Source of the DNA: the human T2T-CHM13v2.0 reference genome, Homo sapiens
Strand: one strand, 5' to 3'
Length of the DNA: 64,000 bases
Assembly: GCF_009914755.1 (NCBI RefSeq)
Contig: NC_060935.1
The notes under the pieces: generated by a model
What the model was told of the DNA's origin: nothing
What the model saw: the letters and a program-made list of their open reading frames with translations, nothing else
Database searches by the model: none
Position numbers and translations under genes: made by a program
Part shown: positions 42,432 to 59,485 of the stretch, piece by piece
Layout: every line of letters begins with the position of its first letter
How positions within the stretch are numbered: the first letter of the stretch is position 1

Positions 42432-43145
42432 TACTATTTCTCATCAGTCAGAATGGCTCTTATTAAAAAGTCAAAATATAATACATGTTGATGAGGTTGC
42501 AGAGAAAAGGGAATGCTTATGCACTGCTGGTGGGAATTGTAGTTCAGCCACTGTGGAAAGCAGTTTGGAGATTTCTCAAGGAACTAAAAATAGAACTACC
42601 ATTTGACCCAGCAATTCTATTACTGAGTATCTACCTTAAAGGAAAATAAGTCATTCTACCAAAAAGCCACCTGCACTTATATGTTCATTGCAACACTGTT
42701 TACAAAAGCAAAGACATGGAACCAACCAAGGTATCTACCAATGTTGAATTAGTAAGAAAATATGGTACATATACACCATGAAATACTACATAGCCATAAA
42801 AAAGAATTAAATCACGTCCTTTTGTAGCAACATGGATGCAGCTGGAGGCCATTCTTGTAAGTGAATGAACACAGAAAGAAAAACCAAATACCATATGTTC
42901 TCACTTATAAGTGAGAGCTAAACATTGAGTACACATGGACATAAAGCTGGGAACAACAGACACTGGGGACTCCAAAAGGGGGAGGGTGGGAGAGAGGCTG
43001 GGGCAGACAAAGTACCCATTGGGTACTATGTTCACTATTTGGGTGACGGGATCAATAGAAGCCCAAACCTCATCATCATGCAATATAACCATGGAGCAAA
43101 TCTGCACATGTACCCCTTGAATCTAAAAACAAGCAAACAAAAAAA
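42432..43145 (+). mobile_element. L1PB/old L1PA 3' fragment
   Basis: ORF2 end and 3' UTR (gcaacatggatgcagctggaggccatt...ctcacttataagtgagagctaaacattg). Confidence 0.88.
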
Positions 43146-44809
43146 TGGTTATATAAAAGTCTGCAAGCTGTAATCAATGACAGAATAAATGGAATTTTTT
43201 TTCTTAGCCTTTAGGAAAATGCCAAGACATATTCCCACCTCTCACATGAGTTGGTGGTTTAAGAATTTGGTTTGCAAAACACAATTTAATATTTTATTTA
43301 TAGAAGTCAAGAGAAATGGTAACAATTTAAAATTTTGATTCTTGAATATCTGTGCTTGTTAAAAAGAAAAGGTGTGTGGGTGTGTTGAAGGGTTTTTATT
43401 CCATTACTACCATAAAATCTACTTTTATTTACGTCTTTTAGAATCAAACTTTTAAAACATTTGCTAAAATTTCATAAATCTCATATGCCAAAATTCAGCT
43501 GAGCCAAACTCTTAGTTACCTGTTCTCCGTTTTTGAGCTGCAGTAGCATTTGGTAAACAGAATGCCCAGAACCTCCTCTGAAAGCACCACTAGCAGGCAC
43601 TGTGAGAGCATTTTCATTCAAGTTCATTCGACTTGGGCAAAAAGAGAACAGCGGCTTACATCAACTGAGGATCAGTGAACACAATCTCATAGCAACAGAC
43701 ACCAAAACAGTCCCTCATTACAAGCCTTGTCCAACAATCAAGTCTTTAACGAGAACAAAGGTTGACAGTGATTAATCATTAAGCGGTTCCCTGTTCCTTG
43801 CTGCACGTGTTCACAGCAGCCTCCTACAGAGGCAGTCTGGCATATTTCCTGTCTCTGTGCTCCACTGTGCCATGTCTGAAGGGACGCCCAGGCAGCCTTC
43901 TCACTATTTTAATTTCAAATGCTACAAACATCTACAGAGTCTCTATGTGCACATGTCTTGACTTTTATTCTGAGCCTGGCAGACTCTGAATGGATATAGG
44001 GAGTATGAACATAATAAGCCGTTAACTCCACATCTGCTTACTAGATTATGTTCAAAGACAGTATAAGAAATTGATTAAACACTGTTTTCTAGAATAAACC
44101 TTTGAAATCTGTTTGTTTCCTTAAGCAACACAATGATAAGTTGCTATAATTTAGTTGTGCAGTGAACAGAAGATACCTTCACTACTGTTTCTACATAAAA
44201 ATAGCTTCTGTGTTGTCAAAGCACCATGCTTTGACAAGCAACAAAAACATTTTCAGAAACCTCTTTCAAATAATTCTGTTTCACAAGGCAACAGAATTAT
44301 AAAGTCAACTAATGCTGCCACCATTTTATTCAATGTTCCCTTTTCCTGTGTCTTTTTTATGACCTGTCTGGGCATTATCTATCTTAGTTGGTCATGCAAT
44401 AGCATATGTATTCACCTTAACAGACTAACTTGGAGGGTTTTTATTTTCTCTCTTTCAACATGTACATTTCACTGATGACCATGTTGCCTGTAAACTGCTA
44501 GGAGCTCAGGTGAAAAGAGAGAGTTATGAGATACAGATTTCTGAGAGGTGAGGGGCAAGGGTTAATTGAAATTTTTAAAATGATCAAGGGAAGTAGGTTA
44601 TGTATCAACAAACATATTGTTTTTCCAATAACAAATGTCACATTTAAGAACAACAAAATGAGATAACCCTAAGCATTCTTTGTATCTATTCACTTCTCTC
44701 TTCAAAGTAATCAGAATTAAGTAATGTGAGGTCTCCAGTAGCTCATGTAGTAGATTATAACTAGTCCATCTACAATATAAAAGCTAAAGTATAAAATCCA
44801 ACCACAAAG

Positions 44810-45590
44810 TGATACAGGACTGCTAGGAAGGGAAGAGTGTGGTCCCTTTAAATGACATGGAATGGGGGAAGCAAAGTACTGGGTAGAGAAAGGCAGGTCC
44901 CTGGCAAGGGCTCCACTCCAACGACCTAGGTGAGGACAGGCACTTCCTGCCCAAATGTTGCATTTCCCAAGACCACCTGGGCCTGCCACAACCCCATCCT
45001 GGGCCTATAAAAACCCCAGACCCTAGCAGTAGACACAAAGGCAGCCAGACGTCGAGAGGAGCACACTGGCAGAGGAGCACACGCACAAGCACTGGCGCCT
45101 GCAGGCCGTCAGCAGGACACTGGCGGGACGAGGTGGGGCTGTTGGAGGAGAGCCAGGGCCACCGAGCAGCCCACCTCCAGGGAAAGAGCATCTTCCTTCT
45201 GGTTCCTCCATCTGCTGAGAGCTACTTCCACTAAATAAAACTTTGCATTCTTTCTTCAAGCCCACGTGTGATCTGATTCTTCCTGTACACCAAGGCAGGA
45301 ACCCAGGATACAGAAAGCCCTCTGTCCTTGTGATAAGGAAGGGGATCTAATTGAGCTGGTTAACACAAGCCACCTATAGACAGCAAACTAAGAGAGCACG
45401 CTGTAACACATGCCCACTGGGGCTTCAGGAGCCGTAAACATTCACCCCTAGACATGGCCGTGGGGTCGCAGCCCCACAGCCTGCCTGTATGTATGCTCCC
45501 TTAGAGGTTTGATCAGCGGGGCACTGATGAAGCGAGCCACTTCCCCATCTCACACCCTGCGAGGGGGACAAGGGAATCTTTCTTGTCTCA
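44810..45590 (+). mobile_element. LTR1-family (ERV1) solo LTR, 781 bp, antisense to MAML2
   Basis: TG...CA ends, 4-bp TSD aaag (44806-44809 and 45591-45594), TATAAAA 45006-45012, AATAAA 45234-45239. Confidence 0.85.
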
Positions 45591-48500
45591 AAAGTATAAA
45601 ATATGCAATTCTCCCAGTATACTCAGCATTTTAGTATACAGCTGCAGTTTCTTTAAACTGAGTATATTCACTGAGGAATGGGAAATGACAATGCCACTCT
45701 ACGAACAAAAAGACTACCTTATTATTGGTAACTAGGCTCTCCACAGGGATCCTTGCGACAGGGATGACACAGTGGTTGTTGACTCACATTAATATCAAAG
45801 CAGCCTGAGAGGAAACCACATTCAGAAAATGAACTTAACCACAGCCTCCTGGAATCAACATTTAAAACTAACATCGGTGAACTCTGAACTGAGAAGGAAA
45901 ACAGTGATGAATTGTAGAGAGAAAGCTTTCAGGTTTTCAGGTGGTCTCAAACTACATTCTTACAAACCAACCAATTGATTATTTTGACTCAATTCAACTT
46001 GTAGTAAAAAACTCTAACTGGTTCTGTGTTATCTCTGCAGTTAGGGTACGTCAACTTCACCTCACACAAACATACTTTTAAAACAATATTTGACTTGAAC
46101 TGGTCTGCTTATCCTCTTTCTCTAATTTGAAGCTCCACTTGTAACATTTGGGGGCTTATGTCAAAGTCTTAGAACAAAGACTTAAATCAATTACAAGTTA
46201 AAGGACTTAAAACTATGTGTAGATGGCATGGAACATTGAAGCAATTTCCAAATCATGGGGTATGCAAATCTCAAAGAAATTCCAATGCATGTTTGAGTCA
46301 TTAATTCATCAATAACTATAATAGCTATCATGTGTTGGACACTTTCTCCATATCAGTCACTACACTGGGCACTTTATACACGATCACATTTCATAACTAT
46401 AATAACCATCTATGTACTAGCCACCCTATTAGTATCTCCATTTTATAGATGAGAGAACTGACATTTGGAGAAGCTAAATACTTCATCTAGTTAGTCAGTG
46501 ATTGAGCCAAAAGTCTATCTCAGGCAGCCTGACTCCAGAGCCCTGCCATAATATCCGAAAAGAAATAATACAAAACTAAGGCAGCCAGAGCCCTTGATCT
46601 AAAGTGGTGGTAAATCTATACTATTGGCACTTCATATGGAAACATGAAGCAATTTAAGCTACTACATAACAGTACAGTTCAGTTATATAGGATCTGCATT
46701 TGATATAGGAGTAATATGACGTTGAATAAGTAGCTTCATTTTTCCAAACCCCAGTTTCCTCATCTATAAAAGTAGTAAGGTGCCCAATTCCCAGGGTAGC
46801 AGTGAGTTTTAATTGAGATAATATGTGTAAAAAGTATTTTGTAAACACTGTACTCCAGCTGGTTGACCATTATGGTTTACTGTGAAATATAAAAGAATGA
46901 AGCTTCTGACATGTTTTCTATTGGGCCAATTCAATAGATGTGGAAGAGCTAACCATAAAATGAAAGTGCTAAGAAGGCAAAAAAAAAAAAAAAGGGGGGG
47001 GGGGGCAATTCATGAAGACATATTAGTGATGACCCATGTGTACCAAAATGTGTAGAAGATCCTTTATGCCATGGGGAAGACCAAAGTGACCTGAAAAATA
47101 AGTGAATTGTCTGCAGGCTTTATGGCATTAGATACTAAGAATATGAACTTTGTACTTAGACAGACCTGGGTTTAAATTCTGAACAAGTTAGTCCAGTCTT
47201 AAGGTATCTAATGTTCTCATTAATGATATTGAATCATGAATGTAGGGATTAAAGGAGAGAATGCATATGAGGTGCTTCATACTGACAAGGCTCAGTTAAT
47301 GTGGTGACTATTATTATTATTATTTAACTTCTCAGGTCAGTACAGTATAAAGGAAAGAATGAAATTTCAGGAGAGGTATGTATTAGAGATAATACATGCA
47401 TGGCTGGCCCTAGGGAATGTACATAAAAGACGTATTTGGGGCATCATCAGGTCGCTTCTAAAGTCCTTTTGTTCAAAACTTAATCTTTATTTAAACTTTA
47501 TTTAAACTTATTTATTTAAATAAATGATCCACTTATATCAAGAAATCCGACTGGGTCTCTGTATCTCATGTAGATAGACTGTTTGGTTCAGTGAACTGTC
47601 CTCCAATTTACACCATGAATCTGGAACTGCTTTCTGACTGATCATGAGAACAGACACTGCCTACGTGTACATGGGGGGAGGGTGGGTGGGCAGTGCACAT
47701 TAGGAGGGAGCAGAGAGCAAAAAAGTGAAGGGGAGGGGAGAGAAAGACTAGAAGATGAAAGCTGGAGATCAAAGAGTCATTCTGCCCATCCTGCTCCTAG
47801 CAGCCACAGGAAGCTCTCTGGTGGTGATCAGATTACCAGATTACCACTTGCATCAGATTCAACACCCTTGCCAGACCCCTGTCCCTCCACCATGCCTCTC
47901 ACACCTTACTTCTGTTGATGTTTTAGAGTCCCCACCTCTCCTAAGTTTGAAGGGAGCACATACCATACTGTCTAGCAGAGATATTCAGATTCTAGGAGGA
48001 ACACTTTTTGTGGGGATAAAAGCTAACTATGATGACATTTTACAAAAGCTTTTGGGAAGAAGAAGAAGGGCTCCTATGTTCATATAAACACAAATATGCA
48101 GATTGCCCCTCTCAGCTTAGTTTGTGTGGAATTATGGACTTTAGGGACATTAAAAAAGGGTCCATATAATAACTATTGTTAGTATCCTAAAGACTAAACT
48201 TTCAATTTAGAGTGCTTTCGGATTGTGTTCTAATCTGAGACTTTTTTGAATTTAGGAGGAACAGATCCAGAAACTCTATAGAAAAGATTTGTTTAAATGG
48301 CTCAAAAAAGGGAGATAAAGAATCAGCCAAATGTTGCTAGTAACCCTTTCTTTTGATATATGGAAACTATATAAAATGTAAAATTTCTGAGAATAATACT
48401 GAAGTGTAGTAATTTTAAAGGCAATTAACTATGTGAGGAATAATCAGTAATAATAATAATACTCAACATGTATTGAGGGCTTGATATGTGGAAGGCATAT

Positions 48501-48835
48501 TACTAAACAATTTGATTACCTTGTTTAATCTTTACAACATTCTTTTGAGGTAGGTAGATCTTACTATTCCTCCCATTTCATAGATGAGGAAAATGAGGCT
48601 TAGACAAGTTAGCTAAATTGCACAACATTTGTTAGTTAGTAAATGGCGAATCTAAATCCAGTTTGGAAAAGCAGATGTGCTTTGGTTATGCATACCTTGA
48701 TTTCTGAAAAAGTGCAGGTAACTGAAGTCTTAAAAACCAAAGCACACTGAGAGATTACCCCTCCCTCCCTCTCTCCCTCCCTCCCCACCTCTTTTCTCCC
48801 TTCCCTCCCTCCCTCCCTCCCTTCCTTCCTTCCAT

Positions 48836-50510
<1,675 letters not shown>

Positions 50511-51083
50511 GGAGGTTTTTTGTTTATTTTGTTTGTTTCTTAAGGTGAGTTTTAGGTTTTATGCCTATGAGAATAGTTTAAATAAAAAATGGCAAATGCC
50601 TTAATGTAAATTCTTCCCCTTATTTTTTCTGCTTTATAATATATACAATTTAGTATATAAGTTCTGATTATATATAGTTAGTTATATAGCAAGTAATATT
50701 GCTAATAAGTGTGGCTAGTGAAGTTATAATAGTGCCAGTGATAGTCTTTGGCTATCATCCTGATCATAACAATCATTTTGAATATAATCTCTGTAGGGTT
50801 TGGTCTTTAATACCTTGCAACAGGAAGCTATTAGCTTCAACATGGGGTCCTCTGGGTAGGAATGCATGCTGAATGTGCTCCAAAAATCACAGACAAGTTT
50901 TTGAATAAAATACAGTTAGAGCCATAATATGGAAAATTGTTATGGAAAAAATTAGTCACTCACTCACTTGAGATATAACTCCTGGCATATCAGATTTTAT
51001 TTTAGCTAAGGTAACCTAACTTTCTGAGTCCTGTAAAAATAATTTAAATTCCCCATTTTAGCCACTTCAGCAGCCAAGGGCTG

Positions 51084-51128
<45 letters not shown>
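51084..51128 (+). repeat. (TAA)n microsatellite
   Basis: Directly visible. Confidence 0.97.
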
Positions 51129-51129
<1 letters not shown>

Positions 51130-51861
51130 ACATGTAGAACCAGACACCTGGCAGTGAATAGTGGATTGAAAAGCTACTGGAAACAGTCTAGCTGGGGAAA
51201 TGGTAAAACTTAGAAGACCTTAATATTGGAAGAATATGATTATACATCAAAGTCCATTTTAAGTAAAACTTTTGTTCAAAAATCCAGTTGCTAGTTTATA
51301 CGTTTTTCTCCATACTTATGACTCAAAGTTCAAACTTTGGTTGTCCCTCTGAGTCTCCTAGCTCTGGAGTTTACGCTATTCAGTCGTTAAGTGCTGTTTA
51401 AAGAGGCTGCGAAGCACTTTCTAGTTAATAGATTCACATTCTCTACATGGTCAATGTTGGAGGTGCCAGTCAGTGAAGGGGAGTGCATGCAGAGGGAACA
51501 ACCTTGCACACACAGATTTAGTAGGGGGAAAAGGAAGAGTAATTGGGAGGGTTTTTCTGGACCCTTACTTCACTTCTAAACTCCAATAAAGACCATCAAA
51601 TATTGCCAAGAGTATCCCCAGGCAAAAGTGCCTTCAAAACTCCCTTTTGCTGCTTTTTCCCCTCTCCATCAGATTCTCATTTTTGAAAAGCAACTCTCTT
51701 CTGCCCAGGACTCTATAGTCTGCTTCTTCTGCCAGCTTCTGAAGTCTAACCCACACTTGCCTTCCTATTAGCACCACATGACTCAGATTTATAAAGGTCT
51801 CCTTTTTGGTATCAAAATGTATCTAACTTATGGCCAATTTCTCTTGTTCTCAGCTAGGTCA

Positions 51862-52030
51862 GGACTTTGCAAACTTTAATGTGCATATGAATCACTTTGG
51901 GATCTTGTTAAAAGGCAAAGCCTTATTCGGTAGGTGTTAAGGGAGGGGGTGACTGGGGCACTGAGTTTCTGAATCTCTAACGAGCTCCATGTGATTCTGA
52001 TGCAGTGGATCCGCAGGCCACGTGTGAACT
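51862..52030. mobile_element. MER5A-like
   Basis: aaactttaatgtgcatatgaatcac...ctaacgagctcc...gtgattctgatgc. Confidence 0.8.
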
Positions 52031-52869
52031 GATGAGAGCTAGGTGACTGAAGCTTCATGGATACACTACTGTGAGCTAAGGTGGTAGGGAGTTATTGTAT
52101 GTCTGCTTTCAGACAATGTTTACAGTTTTACAGTATATTTTACACATTAATCATATAAATGAATAAAACAGGAATTTTAAGTCTTAGTGGCAGAGTGTAA
52201 GGAAGAAAATTTTGGTCAGAATGAGAGAGACAGAATGGCCATTACTCCCTTTCAAACTGAATTACCTTTAAGTCACGAGAACTCCAGACCTAGCCTTTGG
52301 TGGATAAAACCAGAAACTCTCCTCTTTGAAGTTTAGTCTCAAAAGAGTAGGGACAACTATGCTATATGGATAGAAGGAAATAGGGGATAAATAGTGCTAG
52401 GAATTATGGATTTCTTCCCTTTTTTTCTTTTTTCTTTTGTGGTGTGTTTATGTATATCTATATTTATGAGTAGAGTTATATGTAAATGTGGAAGCCTTCC
52501 TCAAGTTGATCTTTTCACCCTTGAGCCTAAATCAGTCACCTCTCCTATGTGCTTCCATAGATTCCTGGGTTTCTCCCTGTTGAAGCTCTTGTCACACTGT
52601 ATAGGTTTGTTCTCTTCTCCATTAGACTGGGAGCTCTTTGAAGGAAGGACTGTATCTGGTCACCATTGTATCTACAACCACCAGCATGGCCTTACTCACA
52701 GCAGTGCTTAATAAATATTTGTTAAATGAATGGAAAATCGATATATTTCAGGTTTCTGTAACTGGTGCTTTAGTTTCCCAACTAGAGGGGGAAGATACGA
52801 ATCCATCATGACCCCAGCAGATGAAAGCCTCCTTGTGGGCTACTCACTGAATGCCTGCGGCTCTCTGTC

Positions 52870-53220
52870 TACTGGGCCTAAGGTAGGACTGCACATCCTG
52901 GCCTCCTTGTAGGTGGCTGGGACTTCTGGTTAGCTCAAGCCAGTGAGTTGTGAGCTGAAGTAATGTGTGTCTCTCTCTGGCTAAGAATTTATTTGTTAAT
53001 GCTAGCCACTTGAGGACTCGCTTTTCTCTCTGGTACAGCGGCTGGCAATGTCCTGGTTGGTGGCTGCTCCAACACCTATAGTCCAAGAGTGACTATGATG
53101 GGCAGAACCCCTTTCCCCCATCGTGCACGTACAGTGTAAGAAAGAAAATTCTGTGTTTTAGCCATTGAGATTTTGACATTATTTGTTACTGCTACATAAC
53201 TTCACCCATCCTGATTAACA
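52870..53220 (+). mobile_element. MLT1 (I/J-like) LTR
   Basis: 3' end ttttagccattgagatttt...tttgttactgctacataacttcacccatcctgattaaca. Confidence 0.7.
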
Positions 53221-56200
53221 GAGGTTGTGAGGGTAATGCCAAGAACTGAGGGATGCCATGTCCTGCCTCTTCCCAGTCCCAGCATTCCTCTTTGCCTTGA
53301 AGCTGGGCTCCAGGTGCAACCCAGATCCAAGACTGTGGTTCTGAAAGTAAGGCTTTGCCTCTGTTCTTGAAACAGAGTTCCTACCTTGAACCTGGTTCAG
53401 GTTGAAGGATTCCTGCCATGTGTCCATGACTAAGCTGGGGTCTCTGTAGGCCAGGCCATCTAGGATGGGAGGAGCTGCCTTGCCTAGGGCTGGCACCCTA
53501 GGGCTGGCTGGATCTCTATCACTGCTCCTGCTCCTCCAACCATGTGATCCATTCACAGGTCAGGGCACCCTGAAGAAACTACGTTGAATTTCATTTTGCT
53601 CATAACAGTATTCCCAAGGGTTATCTGGTGCTGTATTCTGTCTGCCACAATGATCTCCATCGCTAGCTCCCGTCCTGAATCTTTCCTGAGACCCCAGTGC
53701 CTGTCCTATAATCAGGAAATTTTGTCCCAGTTTCCTGCCTTTCTCATTATGCCCTGAATCATGCAGTTAAATGGGCCATGTGTATCTGCATCCAGAGACA
53801 TAACAGATGGGATCTTGGGGATTAAGGTAGCAAACAGAGAGCAGAGGGCTTTTAGAAGGATTAGTCTTTCGCTTGGTGGGAAGGGTAGAGAAGGACACTG
53901 GGGAGCTGATTTGAAAAGGGTCACTGGGGCCCATAAGCATATGTGACAGTGGTTGGATTTAGTTAGCCCTCACTGTCCCTGTCTATCTGTCCCCCGAATA
54001 TCTTAGAGGAAATAGCACTAGGCTAAGAGTCAAAAAACATGGGTTTGAGTGCTGGCTCTGCCACTTACTTTCTGTGTGACCTTGACAGATCAGTTAACCT
54101 CTCTGAGCCTATGGAAAATGAAGCTAATTATATGTGTCTAATGTGGCCCATAATGAGGCTGACTGGGATCTCACTCACAAGGATCAGATGAAAGGATGTT
54201 TGAGGAAGCACTTGGCCCATTATAAAGTGTTTTTTACAGGTAAGGCAGTATTATGACAATGAGGATGTTTGGAACAGATGGGCAGATGGACTAGGCCAGT
54301 AGACATGACGCTTAACCTCAAAACCAGTGATGATGGTATCTTTGTGTTTAAATAGAACCAGGCAATTGTCACATTATAAAAAAATGACTGCTAAAGATAC
54401 TGTATCTGAAGAAGGTAAGGCATGCAGGGGATCCCCAAGACTGGGGCTGGGTAGAGCTGAGCAAGATTCAGTGAGGAAAAGAGTTCAGGAATGAGAAGTT
54501 AGAAGAGGATGAAGCCCCTCTGCAGTGGGCAGGCTGGAATGGACGATCCCTGGCAGGCCACTCAGCCCACTATGCTACTGACAGAAAACTTGGACCCTCA
54601 TCAATCAGGGAGGTTCAACCACACTGCGTCCCTTCCTGATTTGCAGTCGCGATGGGCAGAGGTACAAGGGGAGAAGCTGCAGACGGCATTGTTGCCATAT
54701 GATGGAGTCACTGTTTGCATATTTTGTTGCTGGGTAGTCTTGAGGCCTCTGGAGGACCTCCTTTTTCTTATATTAATTCCCAATGCACCCACTTGCCGAG
54801 CCCAGCCTTACCGCCTCGCTTTTCAGCACAGTTCCCACACATGTCAAAGCTTTACAGACTGCCCGGTAGCCAGGCAGGAGCAGCTGGCAAGGCTCCCCAG
54901 AATGGAGCCTGGACCACCCAGCTAGTGAGACGACTGATGTGGAATGTGGGTTCATGTTGTGGAGTGCAGCAGGCCCACAGTGCTACATGGGATGTCCCAT
55001 CTGTGGGCGTGGGATCTAGGAGGCTATGGGGGAAATGCAGGCAGACTCCATGAGTTCTCCTAAGAGGCCCTGGAAACATGAGGGTGGCCATTGATCACAA
55101 GGCCTTTCCACCTAATGGCTTTTCCTATACAAGTAGTTCACATCTCGAACATTTCCAGGCTTAGAGCAAACAGAATATGGCTGAGAAATTCTGAGCAAGG
55201 CAGAAGGTAAGAAAATGCAAGGAGAAAGTTAGGGAAGCTGGAGAAATGTGAGGTTATTAGGATGAGCTGCTTCTATCAAGAGGTAGTGAACAAGAGGGCA
55301 GTTTTGCTGAATAAGGACAGAATCATCTTAAAAATGGATAAGTCTCCTGCAGTAAAGTGACAGATTAATTAAACTGCAAACCTTCTCAGTTGTCTAGGTC
55401 TGGAGAAAGTTAAGATATAAGATGATCATAAAAATGGAAAGTCCAGATATCAAAGACACAAAATAGCTGAGGCAAAGACTAGGGAAATGCTGGTAAAGGA
55501 GATTTCAGCAGTAGAGAAGCAAACCAGTGAGGGGAAGATCTATTTTTTAATAGATGATTAAAAATTTTCTCTCAGGGAAAGATACTGTAGGTTGAAATGA
55601 AAGAGTTGCGATAGTAGAAAAGATTATTTTTGCAAAATGCCTGAGTTTGGAGAAAGAACATGGGCTTACAGCCCCAACTTCATAACTTCCTAATTGTGCA
55701 ATCTTGTAAAAGTAGTTTGACCTCTCTATGCCTCAATTTCCCTCTATACAAACTAGAGAACTTAGTAATGTCAAATCACGGGGATACAATAAGGCTTAAA
55801 ACAGATCTTGCATATGAAGACTGTTGGAAATCTGTAAAGTTCTAAACAAATGTTAGCTTTTATTATCACAGAATTTCTTTGTTTTCCTCCACTATATTTC
55901 ACACTTTCTAAGTGTGCAGACATGCACTCATGTTGCTAAAAGCCACATCTGTTTTTTGAGTAGGCTGGTCATAGGTAGAACTAAAAGGAATAATTGGAAG
56001 ACTTCCTCTGGCTATCTCTTCTGGTTTCCTACTGAGTAGAGTAAATTTCAAACCATTATCTGTGGCAGTTATGTCTCCCCAGCCCTGTGCCTAAGGATCA
56101 TTTTTGGCTGTCACCCATTCACCTTACAGAACTTCTCGGAACGGTTCTGGTACTTTCACGCCCTGGCAACTGTGGATATTTTGTGCAGGAGGCCTAGACT

Positions 56201-56332
56201 GCCCTGCCACTCCTTCTCCTTCTGCTCACCTCTTACTCAGCCCTCCACATGCAGCTCTGATGCCACCTTGCCTGTGTCAAACTGGCCACATCCTCTCAGT
56301 GTTTCCACAGTGCTCTGTTCAAAACTCTGTTA

Positions 56333-57263
<931 letters not shown>

Positions 57264-59092
57264 AAAAGTATAAATTATTTTTTAAAAAGATTCTGTTATA
57301 GCCTCTGATTATAACCATTATAGAAGCAAACAACAAATAAACCCCAGCTAACATTTATTGAGGGCTTATAATGTTCCAGACACCTTAAGAAGCATTGTAC
57401 ATAGACGATCTCACTGATTCTTCAACAAGAGTTTTTCTAAGGTAATGCTGTTCTTATGCCTATTTTATAGATGAGGAAACTGAGCCTCTAAGAGGTTGAG
57501 TAACTAGCCCCAGTTAGACTGCAAACAAGTAATTAACTGTTTTTAACCACCATCTGGACTGCACTGTTACAAACTGTTCATTTATCAGTCTCCTCCTCTC
57601 CCATTAGACTAAGAGTGTTCAAAGAAGAGGAATCACACTTTGGCCAGCAGTATACCTGCAGCCCTGCGGCTAAAGTTTGCTGAATGAAAATATAAGTGGG
57701 CTCTCATTTTGAATATAAGGTGAGTTCATGAAACAACCCTAAAATATCAATATCCTCTGTACATTGAGATCATAGGGACCACCCAAGAGAGATAATAGCT
57801 GGGTTTGAATTGGATCTTTGGCCATCATTTTAAGTCTCTCATCCTCTTAGCAACACTGGTAAGAGCATCGGCTTCTACCGTGGTGAGATGATGCATATGT
57901 GATAGATAAACCCAACCCTCCCTTCCTTCAGAGGTGATTCACATTGTCAGTAGCATACAAGCAAGGGAGAGGGCTGTAAATCTCCCCCTATTCTTTATGT
58001 AACCCTCTCTACAGGGTTTCCTTTTCAAGGTGATCAAAAGTATTCCTTTTGGCATCTGTTTGCTCAGCACATATGACTAAAATTCAACAGGATATAAAAG
58101 AATCCATTTATATTTATATGTAGTAGATGGAAAGGAGGGATGATGTAGATGCAACACGAGTAGATACGGCACAGTAGATACAACATGAGAAGGACTAAGA
58201 TGGTCCCAGCATTGCTATGGGGTTAAAAAAAAAAAAAAAGGTATCTTATACAATGCATTTGTTTAGCATCCTGGCAAATAAATAAATAAATAAATAAATA
58301 AATAAATACTCTAATCAAATCTTCACTATATTGCTAACACCTATAACAGTCCCTGGCACATAGTAAGTACTTAATAAGTGCTTCATGAATCGATGAATAA
58401 ATAAACCAATGAATGGACAACATTGTAGGAAGCTTGTTTTCCTACCTACAGGAAGTACAGGATACTGGTGCCTCTGGAGTTTCTAGCTAAGGTGACAATG
58501 CCCAGGATTGAGCTGATGGGACTTTGATTACTGAATTGGCTACAGTCTCAAGATAGCTCTCAACAAGCAATCCTTTGAACAAACCTTACATTTTGTCACT
58601 CATGCATTCATTTATTCATTCATTCATTCATTCATTCACCCATTCAGCAAATTTTTATAGAGTGCTATTAAAGCTAGGCACTATGACAAGTACTTCACAT
58701 ACAATGCTGAGAAGTATATGCTATTATAATCCCAGTTTTACAGATGAGGAAGCCAAGACTCAGAGTAGTTAAGTAAGTTCTCAAGACCACACAGTATGTG
58801 GCCAGGCTGTGATTTCAACTTAGGACTCTTTGACTCCAAACCTCCCTCATATTCTCTCCTTTATACTGTTTCTGACCTTAAGGAACTCAGAGTTGAGCAT
58901 GGGAATGATCTGGAAAATAAACACAATGTGAAAAGTGCTCTGACAGAGGTAAGGACTAGGTGCAGTGGGACCACAGAGGAAAGACATCTAACTCAGATCT
59001 GGGGAGAATGGAGCCAGGAAGGAACATTAGAGGAGATGCTATCCTCAGTCACGGAGGAGGGCTGGGAGCGAGAGGCAGAGACACAAAGCTGA

Positions 59093-59485
<393 letters not shown>

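Noticed and set aside
54509-55091. Overlapping ORFs in a moderately GC-rich patch
   Set aside because: No recognisable domain or exon structure; fewer stops are expected at higher GC. Not a CpG island.
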